A stretch of 64,000 nt of DNA from Oscillospiraceae bacterium (lineage in GTDB: Bacteria; Bacillota; Clostridia; Oscillospirales; Ruminococcaceae). The position numbers and the translations under genes are program-made. The DNA lies in contig WRLG01000011.1 in assembly GCA_009777725.1 (NCBI GenBank), positions 6,807 through 70,806 of the forward strand, written 5' to 3'. Shown piece after piece: positions 10,799 to 20,752 of the stretch. The notes under the pieces were generated by a model. The model made no database searches, was not told the origin of the DNA, and saw nothing but the letters and a program-made list of their open reading frames with translations. Positions within the stretch are counted from its first letter, which is position 1, and each line of letters opens with the position of its first letter.

Positions 10799-11413
10799 TT
10801 ACAAAAATTTACCGCAACCGCAGTAGCTCTGGCGATAAAGCCCGTATTTTTTTGAAAGCTCTATTGAGCGCGCATAACCGCCGCGCTTTTTAAAATCCGC
10901 CGGTAAGCTTGATATACTGTAATGATTTGACAGCTTGCGGCATATCTCGTTAAGAGCGCGGGCATCCTTGTGCGGGCTTACCGAGAGAGTCGTCGTAAAA
11001 TAGTCATAATCACGCTCTTTAGCAAGCCTTGCGGTTTCCGAAAGGCGCAATTCATAACATTTTAAGCAACGCTCGCTGTTCTCCGGCAGATGTTCAAAGC
11101 CCTTCACCGCATTGTAAAACTGCTCGGGCAGGTATTCCGCCTCAATAAGCTCAACCTTATTTTTATAAGATGCTCTGTGAATAAGCTCATTTTGCCAGTA
11201 CAAACGCTTATCATACTCATCCCTTGGCTCTATATTAGGGTTGTAAAAAAAAATCGTAATGTTAAAGCAAGTGGAAAGTTCTTCCAGAACATAGCTTGAA
11301 CACGGCGCGCAACAGCTATGAAGCAAAAGCCGAAGAGGTTCTGCTTCGCGCTTTTCTGAAATATCAGCTATAATGTTCTGCATTTCGCGGTCATAATTCG
11401 TATTTATACTCAT
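10799..11413 (-). CDS. queH: epoxyqueuosine reductase QueH (DUF208)
   Basis: LLLHSCCAPCSSYVLE near the N-terminus and a C-terminal YCGCGKF Cys cluster, typical of DUF208/QueH. Confidence 0.8.
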   Translation of the reverse strand: MSINTNYDREMQNIIADISEKREAEPLRLLLHSCCAPCSSYVLEELSTCFNITIFFYNPNIEPRDEYDKRLYWQNELIHRASYKNKVELIEAEYLPEQFYNAVKGFEHLPENSERCLKCYELRLSETARLAKERDYDYFTTTLSVSPHKDARALNEICRKLSNHYSISSLPADFKKRGGYARSIELSKKYGLYRQSYCGCGKFL

Positions 11414-11463
11414 CGGTTATACTCCTTGACGGCTTAGAAGCCGTACTGACAGCCGTTTAGAGC

Positions 11464-12036
11464 CTATTTAGAATTTCCAAATATCCCCACCAGCTTACGT
11501 AAGGCTTCCGCCCTATGACTAACGGCATTTTTCTCAGCGGAGGGAATCTCAGCAAAGCTTCTTCCTTTATACATAAAAACAGGGTCGTAACCGAAACCGC
11601 CGTTTCCCAGCTCTTCATATCCGATTTTTCCTTTAACCGTTCCTCGTATAAAGTGCCATGCTCCGTTTTCGTCAATATAACAAATAACGCAGACAAATCT
11701 CGCCCCCCGCTTCTCATCGGGCACGCCGCTCAATTCCCCAATCAGCTTGCGGCAATGCTGACCCTCGGGCGCATAGCGCGCAGAATATACCCCCGGCGCG
11801 CCGTTTAAAAAATCTACCTCCAAGCCGCTGTCGTCCGCTATAACGGGGAGCTTTGTTAAATTGTAAACCGCTTTCGCCTTTAAATAAGCGTTTTCCTCAA
11901 AATCCTTACCCGTTTCCTCAACCTCTATGTCCGCGCCCGCTTCTGCCTGTGAAATCACGGTAATCCCCAATGGCTCAAGGATTTGCCGAACCTCCGAAAG
12001 CTTATTTTTATTGTTTGTAGCCAATACTATTTTCAT
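11464..12036 (-). CDS. rdgB: non-canonical purine NTP pyrophosphatase (RdgB/HAM1 family)
   Basis: MKIVLATNNKNKLSEV, ADDSGLEVD, GFGYDPVF. Confidence 0.85.
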   Translation of the reverse strand: MKIVLATNNKNKLSEVRQILEPLGITVISQAEAGADIEVEETGKDFEENAYLKAKAVYNLTKLPVIADDSGLEVDFLNGAPGVYSARYAPEGQHCRKLIGELSGVPDEKRGARFVCVICYIDENGAWHFIRGTVKGKIGYEELGNGGFGYDPVFMYKGRSFAEIPSAEKNAVSHRAEALRKLVGIFGNSK

Positions 12037-12073
12037 AAAATCACCATAACCCTTTAAATTTTAGGAGGAGCAA

Positions 12074-12433
12074 ATGATTAATAAGGAACAAAACCGCTGC
12101 GACTGCGAAACCATCCACAAGGAGGTAGTCGTTAGGGTTCTTGCAACTATGCCTGATGTAAAAAATTTCCGTAAGCTTGCCAATCTTTATAAGATGCTCG
12201 CGGATAATACACGCTTGAAGCTTTTGTGGGCTTTATCGCGCGAAAGTATGTGCGTTTGCGATTTGGCGGTTTTGCTCGGCATGACAAAGTCGGCAATATC
12301 ACACCAGCTTAAATCCTTGCGCCTTATGAACCTTGTAAAAAACGATAAACAAGGCAAAATTGTCTACTATTCGCTTGCGGATAAGCACGTAAAGGACATA
12401 TTTGAAACAGGATTTGAGCATATATCAGAGTGA
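12074..12433 (+). CDS. ArsR/SmtB-family metalloregulator
   Basis: Winged HTH LADNTRLKLLWAL...MCVCDLAVLLGMTKSAISHQLKSLR, with a CVC metal-site motif. Confidence 0.8.
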   Translation: MINKEQNRCDCETIHKEVVVRVLATMPDVKNFRKLANLYKMLADNTRLKLLWALSRESMCVCDLAVLLGMTKSAISHQLKSLRLMNLVKNDKQGKIVYYSLADKHVKDIFETGFEHISE

Positions 12434-12449
12434 CTCCCCTATGAACCCT

Positions 12450-13376
12450 TTATTCGCGGGTGAATAACGCCTCCGCGAAATCAAGCGCGTTAAAATCCTG
12501 CAAATCCTCAATTTTCTCCCCGACCGTCACAAGCTTAACCGGGATTCCAAGCTCTTTATGGATAGATATTATAATTCCGCCCTTAGCAGTTCCGTCCAGC
12601 TTGGTTAAAACGATTCCCGTAATATCCGCGACCTCGCTGAAAAGCCTCGCTTGGTTAACGGCATTCTGCCCCGTGGTTGAATCAAGCACAAGCAGAGTTT
12701 CAAGGGGGCAATCGCCGCCCCGTTCTCTTATGATACGGCTGATTTTTTTCAGCTCGTCCATAAGATTTTTTTTGTTATGAAGCCGCCCGGCGGTATCGCA
12801 GATTAAAACATCGACACCGCGTGACTTAGCCGCCGTTACCGCGTCAAAGACAACGGCGGCGGGGTCTGAGCCCTCGCTGTGCTTTATAAGAGCCGCTCCG
12901 GCGCGCTCCGTCCAAACCTGAAGCTGGTCGATTGCCGCGGCGCGGAAGGTGTCAGCCGCCGCTACAAGAACATTTTTCCCCTCGCCCGTCAGCTTCGCCG
13001 CGAGCTTGCCGATTGTCGTTGTCTTACCCGAGCCGTTAACCCCAATCACCAATATCACCGATGGCGAAGCGGACAGGTTAAGCGGCGTGTCCTCCCCCAG
13101 CATCTCCGATATAATTTCCTTTAAGCTTTCCATTATATCCGGCGGGCTTGTGAGCCGCTTTTCCTTTACCTTTGCCCTCAATTCGGAGCATATATCAAGC
13201 GATGTTTCCACGCCGATGTCGCAGGTAATCAGAATTTCTTCAAGCTCGTCAAAAAAATCCTCGTCTATTTTGGTAAAGGAGCTGAAAAGTGAATCAAACT
13301 TCCCCATCATTGATGAGCGCGTTTTTTTAAACCCCTCCGCTATTTTGTTAAATAATCCCATTTTTACATTGAACAA
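12450..13376 (-). CDS. ftsY: signal recognition particle receptor FtsY
   Basis: GVNGSGKTTTIGKLA, DTAGRLH, TKLDGTAKGG. Confidence 0.9.
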   Translation of the reverse strand: MFNVKMGLFNKIAEGFKKTRSSMMGKFDSLFSSFTKIDEDFFDELEEILITCDIGVETSLDICSELRAKVKEKRLTSPPDIMESLKEIISEMLGEDTPLNLSASPSVILVIGVNGSGKTTTIGKLAAKLTGEGKNVLVAAADTFRAAAIDQLQVWTERAGAALIKHSEGSDPAAVVFDAVTAAKSRGVDVLICDTAGRLHNKKNLMDELKKISRIIRERGGDCPLETLLVLDSTTGQNAVNQARLFSEVADITGIVLTKLDGTAKGGIIISIHKELGIPVKLVTVGEKIEDLQDFNALDFAEALFTRE

Positions 13377-13448
13377 TTAATAATTAACAATGAACAATTA
13401 TAATTATATCATTAACAATTTATTTGTCATTTTTAGTTATTAACTGTT
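13371..13448. repeat. intergenic heptamer repeat (AACAATT/GTTAAYT family)
   Basis: GAACAATTAATAATTAACAATGAACAATTATAATTA...AACTGTT. Shares long strings with the copy at 36466-36533. Confidence 0.6.
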
Positions 13449-13475
13449 TCCCTCCTTTTCATTGATTTTTATAAT

Positions 13476-14258
13476 TTAAAACGCTATAAATCCGCCGGTT
13501 GTTTGGACGGGAGCTATGCTTAATATGTAATCTCTGCCTTGCTTGTATTCACGCAAACTTTTTTCAGCCGTGGCGGCGGCGGCTTGCGGGGTGTTGTTCT
13601 CCAAAGAAAGATGCCCCAGAATAAGCCGCGTTGTGCCGCTTTTTATGAGCCTTGCCGCAAAATCGGAGCAGTCCGCATTTGAAAGATGACCGTTTTTTGA
13701 AAGGATTCTTTTTTTCAAAAACCACGGATAACGCCCGCCTATGAGCAAAGCTTCATCATAGTTAGATTCGAGCAAAACAACATCCGCGCCTAAAAGGAAT
13801 CTCTCTACCGTTTCGCTGACATGCCCCAAATCAGTGCAGACCGCGCAAACCTTGCCCTCACTAAAGGTCAGCTTATAGCCACAGGATTCGCGGGTATCGT
13901 GCGGCGTGTCAAAAGCTTCAACGCTCATTCCGCACACCTCAACCCCGCACCTTAGCTCCTCCGCGTGACTGCGCCGTGAGATATGCCCGTTTTCGTTCAG
14001 CTTTTCAAGCGTATAAGCCTGCGCGAAAACAGCCGCGCCCGTATATTTCGTTAAAATTCGCAAACCCGATATGTGGTCACAATGCTCGTGGGTTATAAAC
14101 ACTGCTTTGATTGCATCGGCGGATAACCCGTTTACGTCAAGCGCGTAACGCAGGCGCGTAAATGTTACCCCGCAATCAATTAAAACGCCCGCTTCTTTCG
14201 TGCCGATATATGTGCAGTTGCCTTTGCTTGATGAGAATAAAGGGTATATTCGCGACAA
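13476..14258 (-). CDS. MBL-fold metallo-hydrolase
   Basis: HEHCDH (HxHxDH) motif and a downstream His/Asp pattern. Confidence 0.75.
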   Translation of the reverse strand: MSRIYPLFSSSKGNCTYIGTKEAGVLIDCGVTFTRLRYALDVNGLSADAIKAVFITHEHCDHISGLRILTKYTGAAVFAQAYTLEKLNENGHISRRSHAEELRCGVEVCGMSVEAFDTPHDTRESCGYKLTFSEGKVCAVCTDLGHVSETVERFLLGADVVLLESNYDEALLIGGRYPWFLKKRILSKNGHLSNADCSDFAARLIKSGTTRLILGHLSLENNTPQAAAATAEKSLREYKQGRDYILSIAPVQTTGGFIAF

Positions 14259-14313
14259 GTTAAACAGACCTCCCTACATGTTTTATGCTAAACAAGTTAT
14301 AATCGTGAACCCG

Positions 14314-15279
14314 TTAAGGAGTATGAATCCGCTTTAATTCCTCATCGGTAAGCCCGGTAATTTCCTTTACATCGTCAAATGCAAAGCCTTTTTTTAACAT
14401 TTTTACGGCAGTTTCAATTATGCTCTTTTGCCTGCCCTCTTGCCTGCCCTCGTTCTTTAGCATATCTACCATTATTTCAAGTGAATGTGTCACAGTGTTC
14501 GCCTCCCCTTTATTTATAATCTGTTTAAACTCATTTTCAAATCCGGCGGGTGCTTTCCCCTTAAAGTGAACGTATTCCGTCCAATTGCGTAGCTCAACCG
14601 CTTCATCGGCACTTAGATTAGCCGCTGATTTTGCCAAAAGCTTTATCGTTTCGTAATATTTTTCTTTACTGCTGATTTCAGAGCTCGGTCGGATTTTATT
14701 GAGCGCGAATATTATGTCAAGAAGTTTTTGTTCCGATTCTATGGTCGCATCGTCAGTCCCGTTCAAATCGAAAAGAAGATAGCTGAAATTTATGATATTG
14801 TCCCCGAAAATGCTATGATTATCTGTGTACTCCCTGTATGACCCAGCCGCCGTCCAACTATCCTCTCCGTTATACAGTATTATTGGAACTACGGCGGGAA
14901 GCTTGAAGCCTTTACGCTCCCGAATCTCCTCTTTGGTATTTTTGAAAACATCGTTTAGCAGCTCGACCATATAGCGCAGCAACCTAAACGGCATTGTGAA
15001 ATCCACGCTTGATTGGAGCTCCATTAAAACGTAAAAGTATGTGTCCTCGCCGTTTAGTTTTAGTTTATATATTAAATCCGAATCCCGTTTGCGATACTCT
15101 TGAGTTATAAAGCTTTTGTCAATCCTCTCCATTTGAGTCGGGTCAATTTGAGCCGTCCATGGTTCGGCTATGTACTTTTTGAGGAAATAAAGGAAATTGG
15201 ACTTCTTTGCCAATATGCCCTTGTACCCTTCATCATGCTTTTGGCTTTGTTCAGCTGTGTTGACTTTCAGTTTTACCAT
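14314..15279 (-). CDS. Rpn-family recombination-promoting nuclease / putative transposase (PD-(D/E)XK)
   Basis: N-terminal KGILAKKSNFLYFLKKYI-type region, core D...ELQ, and a C-terminal EGRQEGRQ repeat with a helical tail. Paralog of 47357..48244. Confidence 0.65.
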   Translation of the reverse strand: MVKLKVNTAEQSQKHDEGYKGILAKKSNFLYFLKKYIAEPWTAQIDPTQMERIDKSFITQEYRKRDSDLIYKLKLNGEDTYFYVLMELQSSVDFTMPFRLLRYMVELLNDVFKNTKEEIRERKGFKLPAVVPIILYNGEDSWTAAGSYREYTDNHSIFGDNIINFSYLLFDLNGTDDATIESEQKLLDIIFALNKIRPSSEISSKEKYYETIKLLAKSAANLSADEAVELRNWTEYVHFKGKAPAGFENEFKQIINKGEANTVTHSLEIMVDMLKNEGRQEGRQKSIIETAVKMLKKGFAFDDVKEITGLTDEELKRIHTP

Positions 15280-15302
15280 CTCCGCTCTTTTTAATTAATC
15301 AA

Positions 15303-15350
15303 TTAAGATTTAGACTTAGACTTAGACTTAGATTTAGCTTTAGATTTTAC
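15303..15350. repeat. short tandem hexamer repeat (TTAGAY)n
   Basis: TTAAGA TTTAGAC TTAGAC TTAGAC TTAGAT TTAGCT TTAGAT in the 5' region of the Rpn-like gene. Confidence 0.7.
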
Positions 15351-15374
15351 AGACCTCCCTGCAATGCAAATTTT

Positions 15375-16007
15375 TCACTTATCGCGCTTTATAACCAGCG
15401 ACTTCTCCAGCGAAATATATAGAGTACATAATGACAAGGCGGTTATTGTATTTCTTAAAATCAGTTCTAACTGCGTAGGGAAAAAGTCAAGAATAATCAA
15501 ATTCTCCATGTCGTAGTTAATCCACTTTAGACTTTGAAAAACAGCTAAACAAGCGGCAATTATGAATGACAACCAAAACAGAATTATGCTGTATACTTTC
15601 TTTCCGTCTGATTTAACATGAATATTTTTTCTATATAGTGCTTTACCAATATAGAAAATTGTCAAATTCATCAAAAATATCACAAAGACATCAGCCGTAA
15701 GTATGAGCATTGACTGGAAAGGAACAATGAACATTAGGTTACTTAACAACTCATTAAGCAAAGCTACCGCAATTCCAAAGCCAACAGACAAGCATATGGT
15801 TTTGGGATAATTAATTGAAATTAATTCTTTTTTCATAAAAAAGACAGGGGCTGAAAAAAAGCAAGCGAATCTGAAAATAGGACTTAAAAAATAATATACA
15901 GTTGTTCCTCTGTATTTTCCGAAAAGCAAAAACGGCAAAAGCAAAACCAACCACAAAATTAAATAATTAATTATTTTTTTCAAACTTAATCTCCCTTTCA
16001 ATTGCAT
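15375..16007 (-). CDS. multi-pass membrane protein, unknown function
   Basis: 210-aa hydrophobic ORF, AT-rich. Confidence 0.5.
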   Translation of the reverse strand: MQLKGRLSLKKIINYLILWLVLLLPFLLFGKYRGTTVYYFLSPIFRFACFFSAPVFFMKKELISINYPKTICLSVGFGIAVALLNELLSNLMFIVPFQSMLILTADVFVIFLMNLTIFYIGKALYRKNIHVKSDGKKVYSIILFWLSFIIAACLAVFQSLKWINYDMENLIILDFFPTQLELILRNTITALSLCTLYISLEKSLVIKRDK

Positions 16008-16015
16008 TGCTGCAG

Positions 16016-18670
16016 TTAATTCTTCCCAATAACCAAAATCGACTGCTCAATTTTAGCAAGCCTTTCCCTAGCCTTGGAAAGCTTTTCCGTTTCCGCTTCA
16101 ATTTGGCTTGCGGGGGCTTTGGCTCTGAAACCTTGGTTATTCAGCTTTCCCTCCGAAAAAGCAACATCTTTAAGAGCGGCTTCTTTTTCCTTGTTAAGCC
16201 TTGCAATTTCCTTTTCCTTGTCAATCAACTCGTCTAAAGGAATGAAAATTCTCGCGCTGTCGGTAACTATGGTAACAGCATCACCCTCCTCAAACTTTTC
16301 GGCAATTTCAACACTTGACGCATATGCAAGCCGCTCCAAAAACATGACCCCCGCACCGAATACATCTTGAAAAGGCGTTTCAATCAAAAGCTTCGCCTTG
16401 ACAGACGGCGGCACATTCATCTCGGCTCTGCGTGCCCTCACAGCCCTTATAGCCGCAATAAGCTTCTCAAACTGCGCCTCCTCCGCTTTGTATTCTTCAA
16501 TTACTTTATCAAATTTAGGATACTCGGAAAGCATTAACGGAAGCCCCATACCTGCGCCCTTAACACGGCTTCCTAAACTCTCATAAATTTCCTCGGTAAT
16601 AAACGGCATAAACGGGTGCAGAAGCTTCAGCATATTGCTCATGACCAAAACCAGAATATTTTGGGCGGTGTTGCAATCCTCTCCTCCCGCCGCAATTCGG
16701 GGCTTGGTTATTTCAATATACCAATCGCAATAAATATCCCAGATAAAATCATATACCTTTCCGGCGGCTACACCTAATTCAAATTTATCCAGATTATAAT
16801 TGACTTCATCGGCTAACGTGTTGAATTTACTTAATAGCCACTTATCCTCAATGCGGAGTTGTTTGCCGGCAAGCCCCGTAAACTCAAAATCGTCCGGGAG
16901 ATTCATCATTATAAAGCGCGAAGCATTCCAAAGCTTATTGGCAAACCCTCTTGCCGCTTTGGTTTTATCCTCAATATAGCGCATATCATTGCCGGGGGCA
17001 TTGCCGGATACAAGCATAAACCTCAGCGCATCCGCGCCGTATTTGTCAATCTCATCAAGCGGGTCAATGCCGTTATCTAGGGATTTTGACATTTTGCGCC
17101 CCAGCGGGTCGCGAACCAAACCGTTAATCAACACCGTATCAAAGGGAACTTCGCCCATAAATTCAATACCCGAAAACATCATTCTTATTACCCAGAAAAA
17201 GATAATATCATATGATGTTACAAGCGTGTTTGTAGGATAAAAGAAGTCTAAATCATCGGTTTTTTCGGGAAACCCAAGTGTTGAAAAGGGCCAGAGCGCG
17301 GAGGAAAACCATGTGTCTAACGTGTCGGGGTCTTGCCGCATGTCCGCCCCGCAAGCGCATACTGCACTTTCTTCGGCGGTAACAACAATTTCGCCGCAAT
17401 CATCACAATAAAACGCGGGAATCCTATGCCCCCACCAAAGCTGGCGGGATATGCACCAATCTCTGATATTGTCAAGCCAATGATGATAGAGCTTTTCAAA
17501 CCGTTCCGGCACGAATTTCATCTTGCCGGATTTTACCGCTTGGGCGGCGGGCTTTGCCAATTGCTCCATTTTAACAAACCATTGCTTTGAAACGCGAGGT
17601 TCAATTGTCACACTGCACCTGTAGCAAGCCCCGACATTATGCGTATGCTCTTGGGTTTTTATTAAAAATCCGCCGTCTTCAAGGTCTTTTACGATTGCTT
17701 TCCGCGCATCATAGCGGTCAAGCCCTACATATTTCGGATAATCGTCCGTGATTTTAGCATCGTCTGTCATGGCGTTGACAATGGGCAGATTATGCCGCAA
17801 TCCCACCTCGAAATCATTAGGGTCGTGAGCGGGCGTAATTTTTACAACGCCCGTGCCAAACTCCATATCAACATAATCATCGGCAACAACGGGGATTTCT
17901 CTGCCTACAAGCGGCAGGGTTACGGTTTTGCCGATATATTTTTTGTAGCGTTCATCTTTAGGGTTCACTGCAACGGCGGTATCACCCAAAAGCGTTTCGG
18001 GGCGGGTTGTGGCAAGCTCTAAACTGCCGCTCCCATCTGTCAGCGGGTAGCGGATATGCCAAAAATGCCCTGCCTTTTCTTCATGGTTAACCTCCGCATC
18101 CGAAATAGAGGTTAGGCATACAGGGCACCAATTTATAATCCGCTCCGCCCTGTAAATCAGCCCTTTTTCGTAATATTTGACAAAAACTTCCCTAACGGCT
18201 TTGTTGCAGCCCTCATCCATCGTGAAGCGTTCCCGCGACCAATCGCAGGACGAGCCCAGCTTTTTAAGCTGTGAAACTATAGTTCCACCGCATTGCTCCT
18301 TCCAATCCCAAGCGCGTTTCAAAAAGCCCTCGCGCCCTATGTCGTCCTTCGTTATACCCTCCGCGCGCATAGCCGCGACAATCCGCGCCTCTGTTGCAAT
18401 AGAGGCGTGGTCCGTCCCCGGCAACCAAAGTGTTGCAAAGCCGGACATTCTTTTCCATCGTATAAGAATATCCTGCAAGGTATTGTTAAGCGCGTGCCCC
18501 ATATGAAGCTGCCCCGTTATATTCGGCGGCGGGATGACTATAGTGTACGGCTTCTTGCTCCTGTCAACAACCGCCTTAAAGCAATCGTTGTCAAGCCAGT
18601 ATTTGTAGATTTTCTCCTCAACCGTTTTCGGGTCGTATAACTTCGGTAATTCTCTTTTCATGGTTTTCAT
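16016..18670 (-). CDS. valS: valine--tRNA ligase
   Basis: Class I HIGH (PPPNITGQLHMGHAL) and KMSKS motifs; 884 aa with a C-terminal coiled coil. Confidence 0.95.
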   Translation of the reverse strand: MKTMKRELPKLYDPKTVEEKIYKYWLDNDCFKAVVDRSKKPYTIVIPPPNITGQLHMGHALNNTLQDILIRWKRMSGFATLWLPGTDHASIATEARIVAAMRAEGITKDDIGREGFLKRAWDWKEQCGGTIVSQLKKLGSSCDWSRERFTMDEGCNKAVREVFVKYYEKGLIYRAERIINWCPVCLTSISDAEVNHEEKAGHFWHIRYPLTDGSGSLELATTRPETLLGDTAVAVNPKDERYKKYIGKTVTLPLVGREIPVVADDYVDMEFGTGVVKITPAHDPNDFEVGLRHNLPIVNAMTDDAKITDDYPKYVGLDRYDARKAIVKDLEDGGFLIKTQEHTHNVGACYRCSVTIEPRVSKQWFVKMEQLAKPAAQAVKSGKMKFVPERFEKLYHHWLDNIRDWCISRQLWWGHRIPAFYCDDCGEIVVTAEESAVCACGADMRQDPDTLDTWFSSALWPFSTLGFPEKTDDLDFFYPTNTLVTSYDIIFFWVIRMMFSGIEFMGEVPFDTVLINGLVRDPLGRKMSKSLDNGIDPLDEIDKYGADALRFMLVSGNAPGNDMRYIEDKTKAARGFANKLWNASRFIMMNLPDDFEFTGLAGKQLRIEDKWLLSKFNTLADEVNYNLDKFELGVAAGKVYDFIWDIYCDWYIEITKPRIAAGGEDCNTAQNILVLVMSNMLKLLHPFMPFITEEIYESLGSRVKGAGMGLPLMLSEYPKFDKVIEEYKAEEAQFEKLIAAIRAVRARRAEMNVPPSVKAKLLIETPFQDVFGAGVMFLERLAYASSVEIAEKFEEGDAVTIVTDSARIFIPLDELIDKEKEIARLNKEKEAALKDVAFSEGKLNNQGFRAKAPASQIEAETEKLSKARERLAKIEQSILVIGKN

Positions 18671-18772
18671 TCCTTTTTAAAATATTTATTTCAGAGTTGA
18701 TTTATACTGCAATTCCATTCTTCAACTCCTTTATGAAGAGCGTTTATTGCACGTGTTATTACTTCTTCGCCG

Positions 18773-19165
18773 TTAATCTCGAAATTTAATATCCCGCTCA
18801 TATTGCAAATCCTCGCCTTCAAATTTAATCCAGTAGCAATCATCAACCATCCGCCCGTGAGTTATTCTGACAATGTGCAAAGGCTCAAAATAATCCAACC
18901 CCAAAACCCGCAAAATCAGCTTTTTATCATATCTCTCCTCGGGGAAGCAACGCTCTTTCAAAAACTCCTCAAAATCCGTAAGGTCGGGAGCAATATTCAC
19001 ACCAAACGGCTTGCCGATTATATCATCGGTATAATTTATAACTTGAACTTTGCCCTCTTTATAATCAACAAAAAGAACAGCCATAACCTCATCTTGTTTC
19101 ATATAGCTTAAACTAAATCTGCTGTTATTTTGCAAACCGCCACTCCCCTGTTCAAAATCAGACAT
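18773..19165 (-). CDS. hypothetical protein resembling the N-terminal module of the HipA-like protein at 20753..21904
   Basis: By-eye alignment of ...APDLTDFEEFLKERCFPEER...LGL...DDCYWIKF against ...RPDLDDLDEWWSGRSIPASR...LGI...SDQYWINP. Confidence 0.45.
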   Translation of the reverse strand: MSDFEQGSGGLQNNSRFSLSYMKQDEVMAVLFVDYKEGKVQVINYTDDIIGKPFGVNIAPDLTDFEEFLKERCFPEERYDKKLILRVLGLDYFEPLHIVRITHGRMVDDCYWIKFEGEDLQYERDIKFRD

Positions 19166-19205
19166 TTTAAATCCCCCTCTTAGCGCAATTTTTCACTGCC
19201 CGTGC

Positions 19206-19913
19206 TTATTTTCCCCCGATTCCAACCACAAATTTTATCCCTTCATCATCTGAAATCAAGATTTCATTTATGTCGGTTTCATTTGCAAAGTAATCTGTGA
19301 CTTCATCTAAAAGCCTATGCTTTTCCAAAATATCATAGACATATTTGTGCATTTCAAATGTGCTTGAATTTCGCTTGAACAACATACGATTATTCTGGTC
19401 AGTCATAGAGGGGACTTTTCCGTTCTTTATCATACCGGGTAATTGAATCGTCTCAAATATCAAGGTCATATCCGGCAGTTTATCCTCCGGCAACGCAGTA
19501 GTTTGCTTCAGAAACATCTTAAATTCATCTGTGCAAAAGTATTTAATCGATGAAATTTTTACTGTGCGAAGCACTGCAGAGGGCGTTGCAAAGGTAAGCT
19601 TTACGCTATCCTTTATGTACTCTGTTTTTATGAGATTCTCCCAGCTGTATTTAACCATCAAGCTTGGTATTATGATTACTTTGTCGTTATATTGTATGCT
19701 CATCTTCATAGTAAAAATAAAGGTAAAAATCCAAGCAACGAAAGCTATGACAGGGAATACAGCAAGCGGATTGCTATATTGCCTTGCTATTGTTATTATG
19801 CCGCCTAAAGCTAATCCGATAAAAAAGCCGCGTAAAAGGCAGGGCATAATTTTTGGCTTCATAATGTTGAATTCTTCTTGTTGCATTTGCTTAAAATCAG
19901 CCACTTCTATCAC
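19206..19913 (-). CDS. hypothetical membrane-associated protein
   Basis: 235-aa ORF with two TM helices near the N-terminus; no known motif. Confidence 0.5.
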   Translation of the reverse strand: MIEVADFKQMQQEEFNIMKPKIMPCLLRGFFIGLALGGIITIARQYSNPLAVFPVIAFVAWIFTFIFTMKMSIQYNDKVIIIPSLMVKYSWENLIKTEYIKDSVKLTFATPSAVLRTVKISSIKYFCTDEFKMFLKQTTALPEDKLPDMTLIFETIQLPGMIKNGKVPSMTDQNNRMLFKRNSSTFEMHKYVYDILEKHRLLDEVTDYFANETDINEILISDDEGIKFVVGIGGK

Positions 19914-19971
19914 CCCAAAATATTAAGTTAAACGCCCCGCCTGTGAATTGCAAGACATATAGCAAAGACAG

Positions 19972-20727
19972 CTAACACTTAAACCAATATTGCTTCTTAG
20001 GTTTCGCCTTTAAAAACACCGAAACAGCATGCCTCGGGCATTTGTTTGTACAGCGGTAACAAAGCATACAATTCCCATTCGCCTTAATCAAATCCCCGCT
20101 TACACTCAAATTATTAACAGGGCAGGATTTTACACACAAACCGCATAAATTGCAATCCTCCCGATTTATGCGAACTCTATCGGCATATTTCCTCTCAATC
20201 AGAGGAACAAACACTCCCTGCAAAAGTCCGAGCCATTTTGAAATAGTGCAAAAACCCCTTTTAACCCTTTTCCCGCTCTTTATATTCTTGCAAACCTTTT
20301 CCATTTTCGCTTTTGATTTAATATAATATCTCTTATTGCGTTCCTCGCCCGTAATCGGTATTAGGGGGAAATTGTTTACATTAGTCGGCATAAAAAAGTG
20401 TTCCGCATAGATAACGTCATAACTAATATTTGACAGCGAATCCGTTAAACTTCTTGCCCCATCACCCGACCATAAAACCTGTGTGCAAAATATAATCAAG
20501 CGTTTTCCGTTTAACAAATTCTTATGTTCAATTGCAAATTCACGGATATTACGCGGCGGTCTTGAACCATAAACAGGATAACAAAAACCAACAGTTGCGG
20601 CAGAATTTATAAGTTCCTCAAAATCAACTTTATCTTCAATAGAATAACAAAAAGCGTTCATTTTCTTAGCAAACAATTCAGCAATATACTTTGAATTGCC
20701 CGTACCCGAAAAATAAAACATAACCAT
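19972..20727 (-). CDS. flavodoxin-like / 2x[4Fe-4S] ferredoxin fusion (EFR1-type)
   Basis: N-terminal FSGTGNSKYIAE flavodoxin-like motif. C-terminal CNLCGLCVKSCP and CMLCYRCTNKCP. Confidence 0.7.
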   Translation of the reverse strand: MVMFYFSGTGNSKYIAELFAKKMNAFCYSIEDKVDFEELINSAATVGFCYPVYGSRPPRNIREFAIEHKNLLNGKRLIIFCTQVLWSGDGARSLTDSLSNISYDVIYAEHFFMPTNVNNFPLIPITGEERNKRYYIKSKAKMEKVCKNIKSGKRVKRGFCTISKWLGLLQGVFVPLIERKYADRVRINREDCNLCGLCVKSCPVNNLSVSGDLIKANGNCMLCYRCTNKCPRHAVSVFLKAKPKKQYWFKC

Positions 20728-20752
20728 AGGATTCCACCCCCCAAATATAAAT

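Noticed and set aside
11414-11463. Looked for a preQ1 riboswitch in front of queH (and tgt).
   Set aside because: The 50-nt spacer has only a short ACGGCTT/AAGCCGT hairpin and no preQ1-type pseudoknot consensus. The tgt start abuts the upstream gene.
18671-18772. Looked for a T-box leader upstream of valS.
   Set aside because: Only ~100 nt are available and no T-box motif (AATTAGGGTGGTACCGCG-like) or specifier/antiterminator architecture is visible. A 10-codon uORF (MELQYKSTLK) with a good RBS is present but has no Val codons, so no attenuation model is supported.
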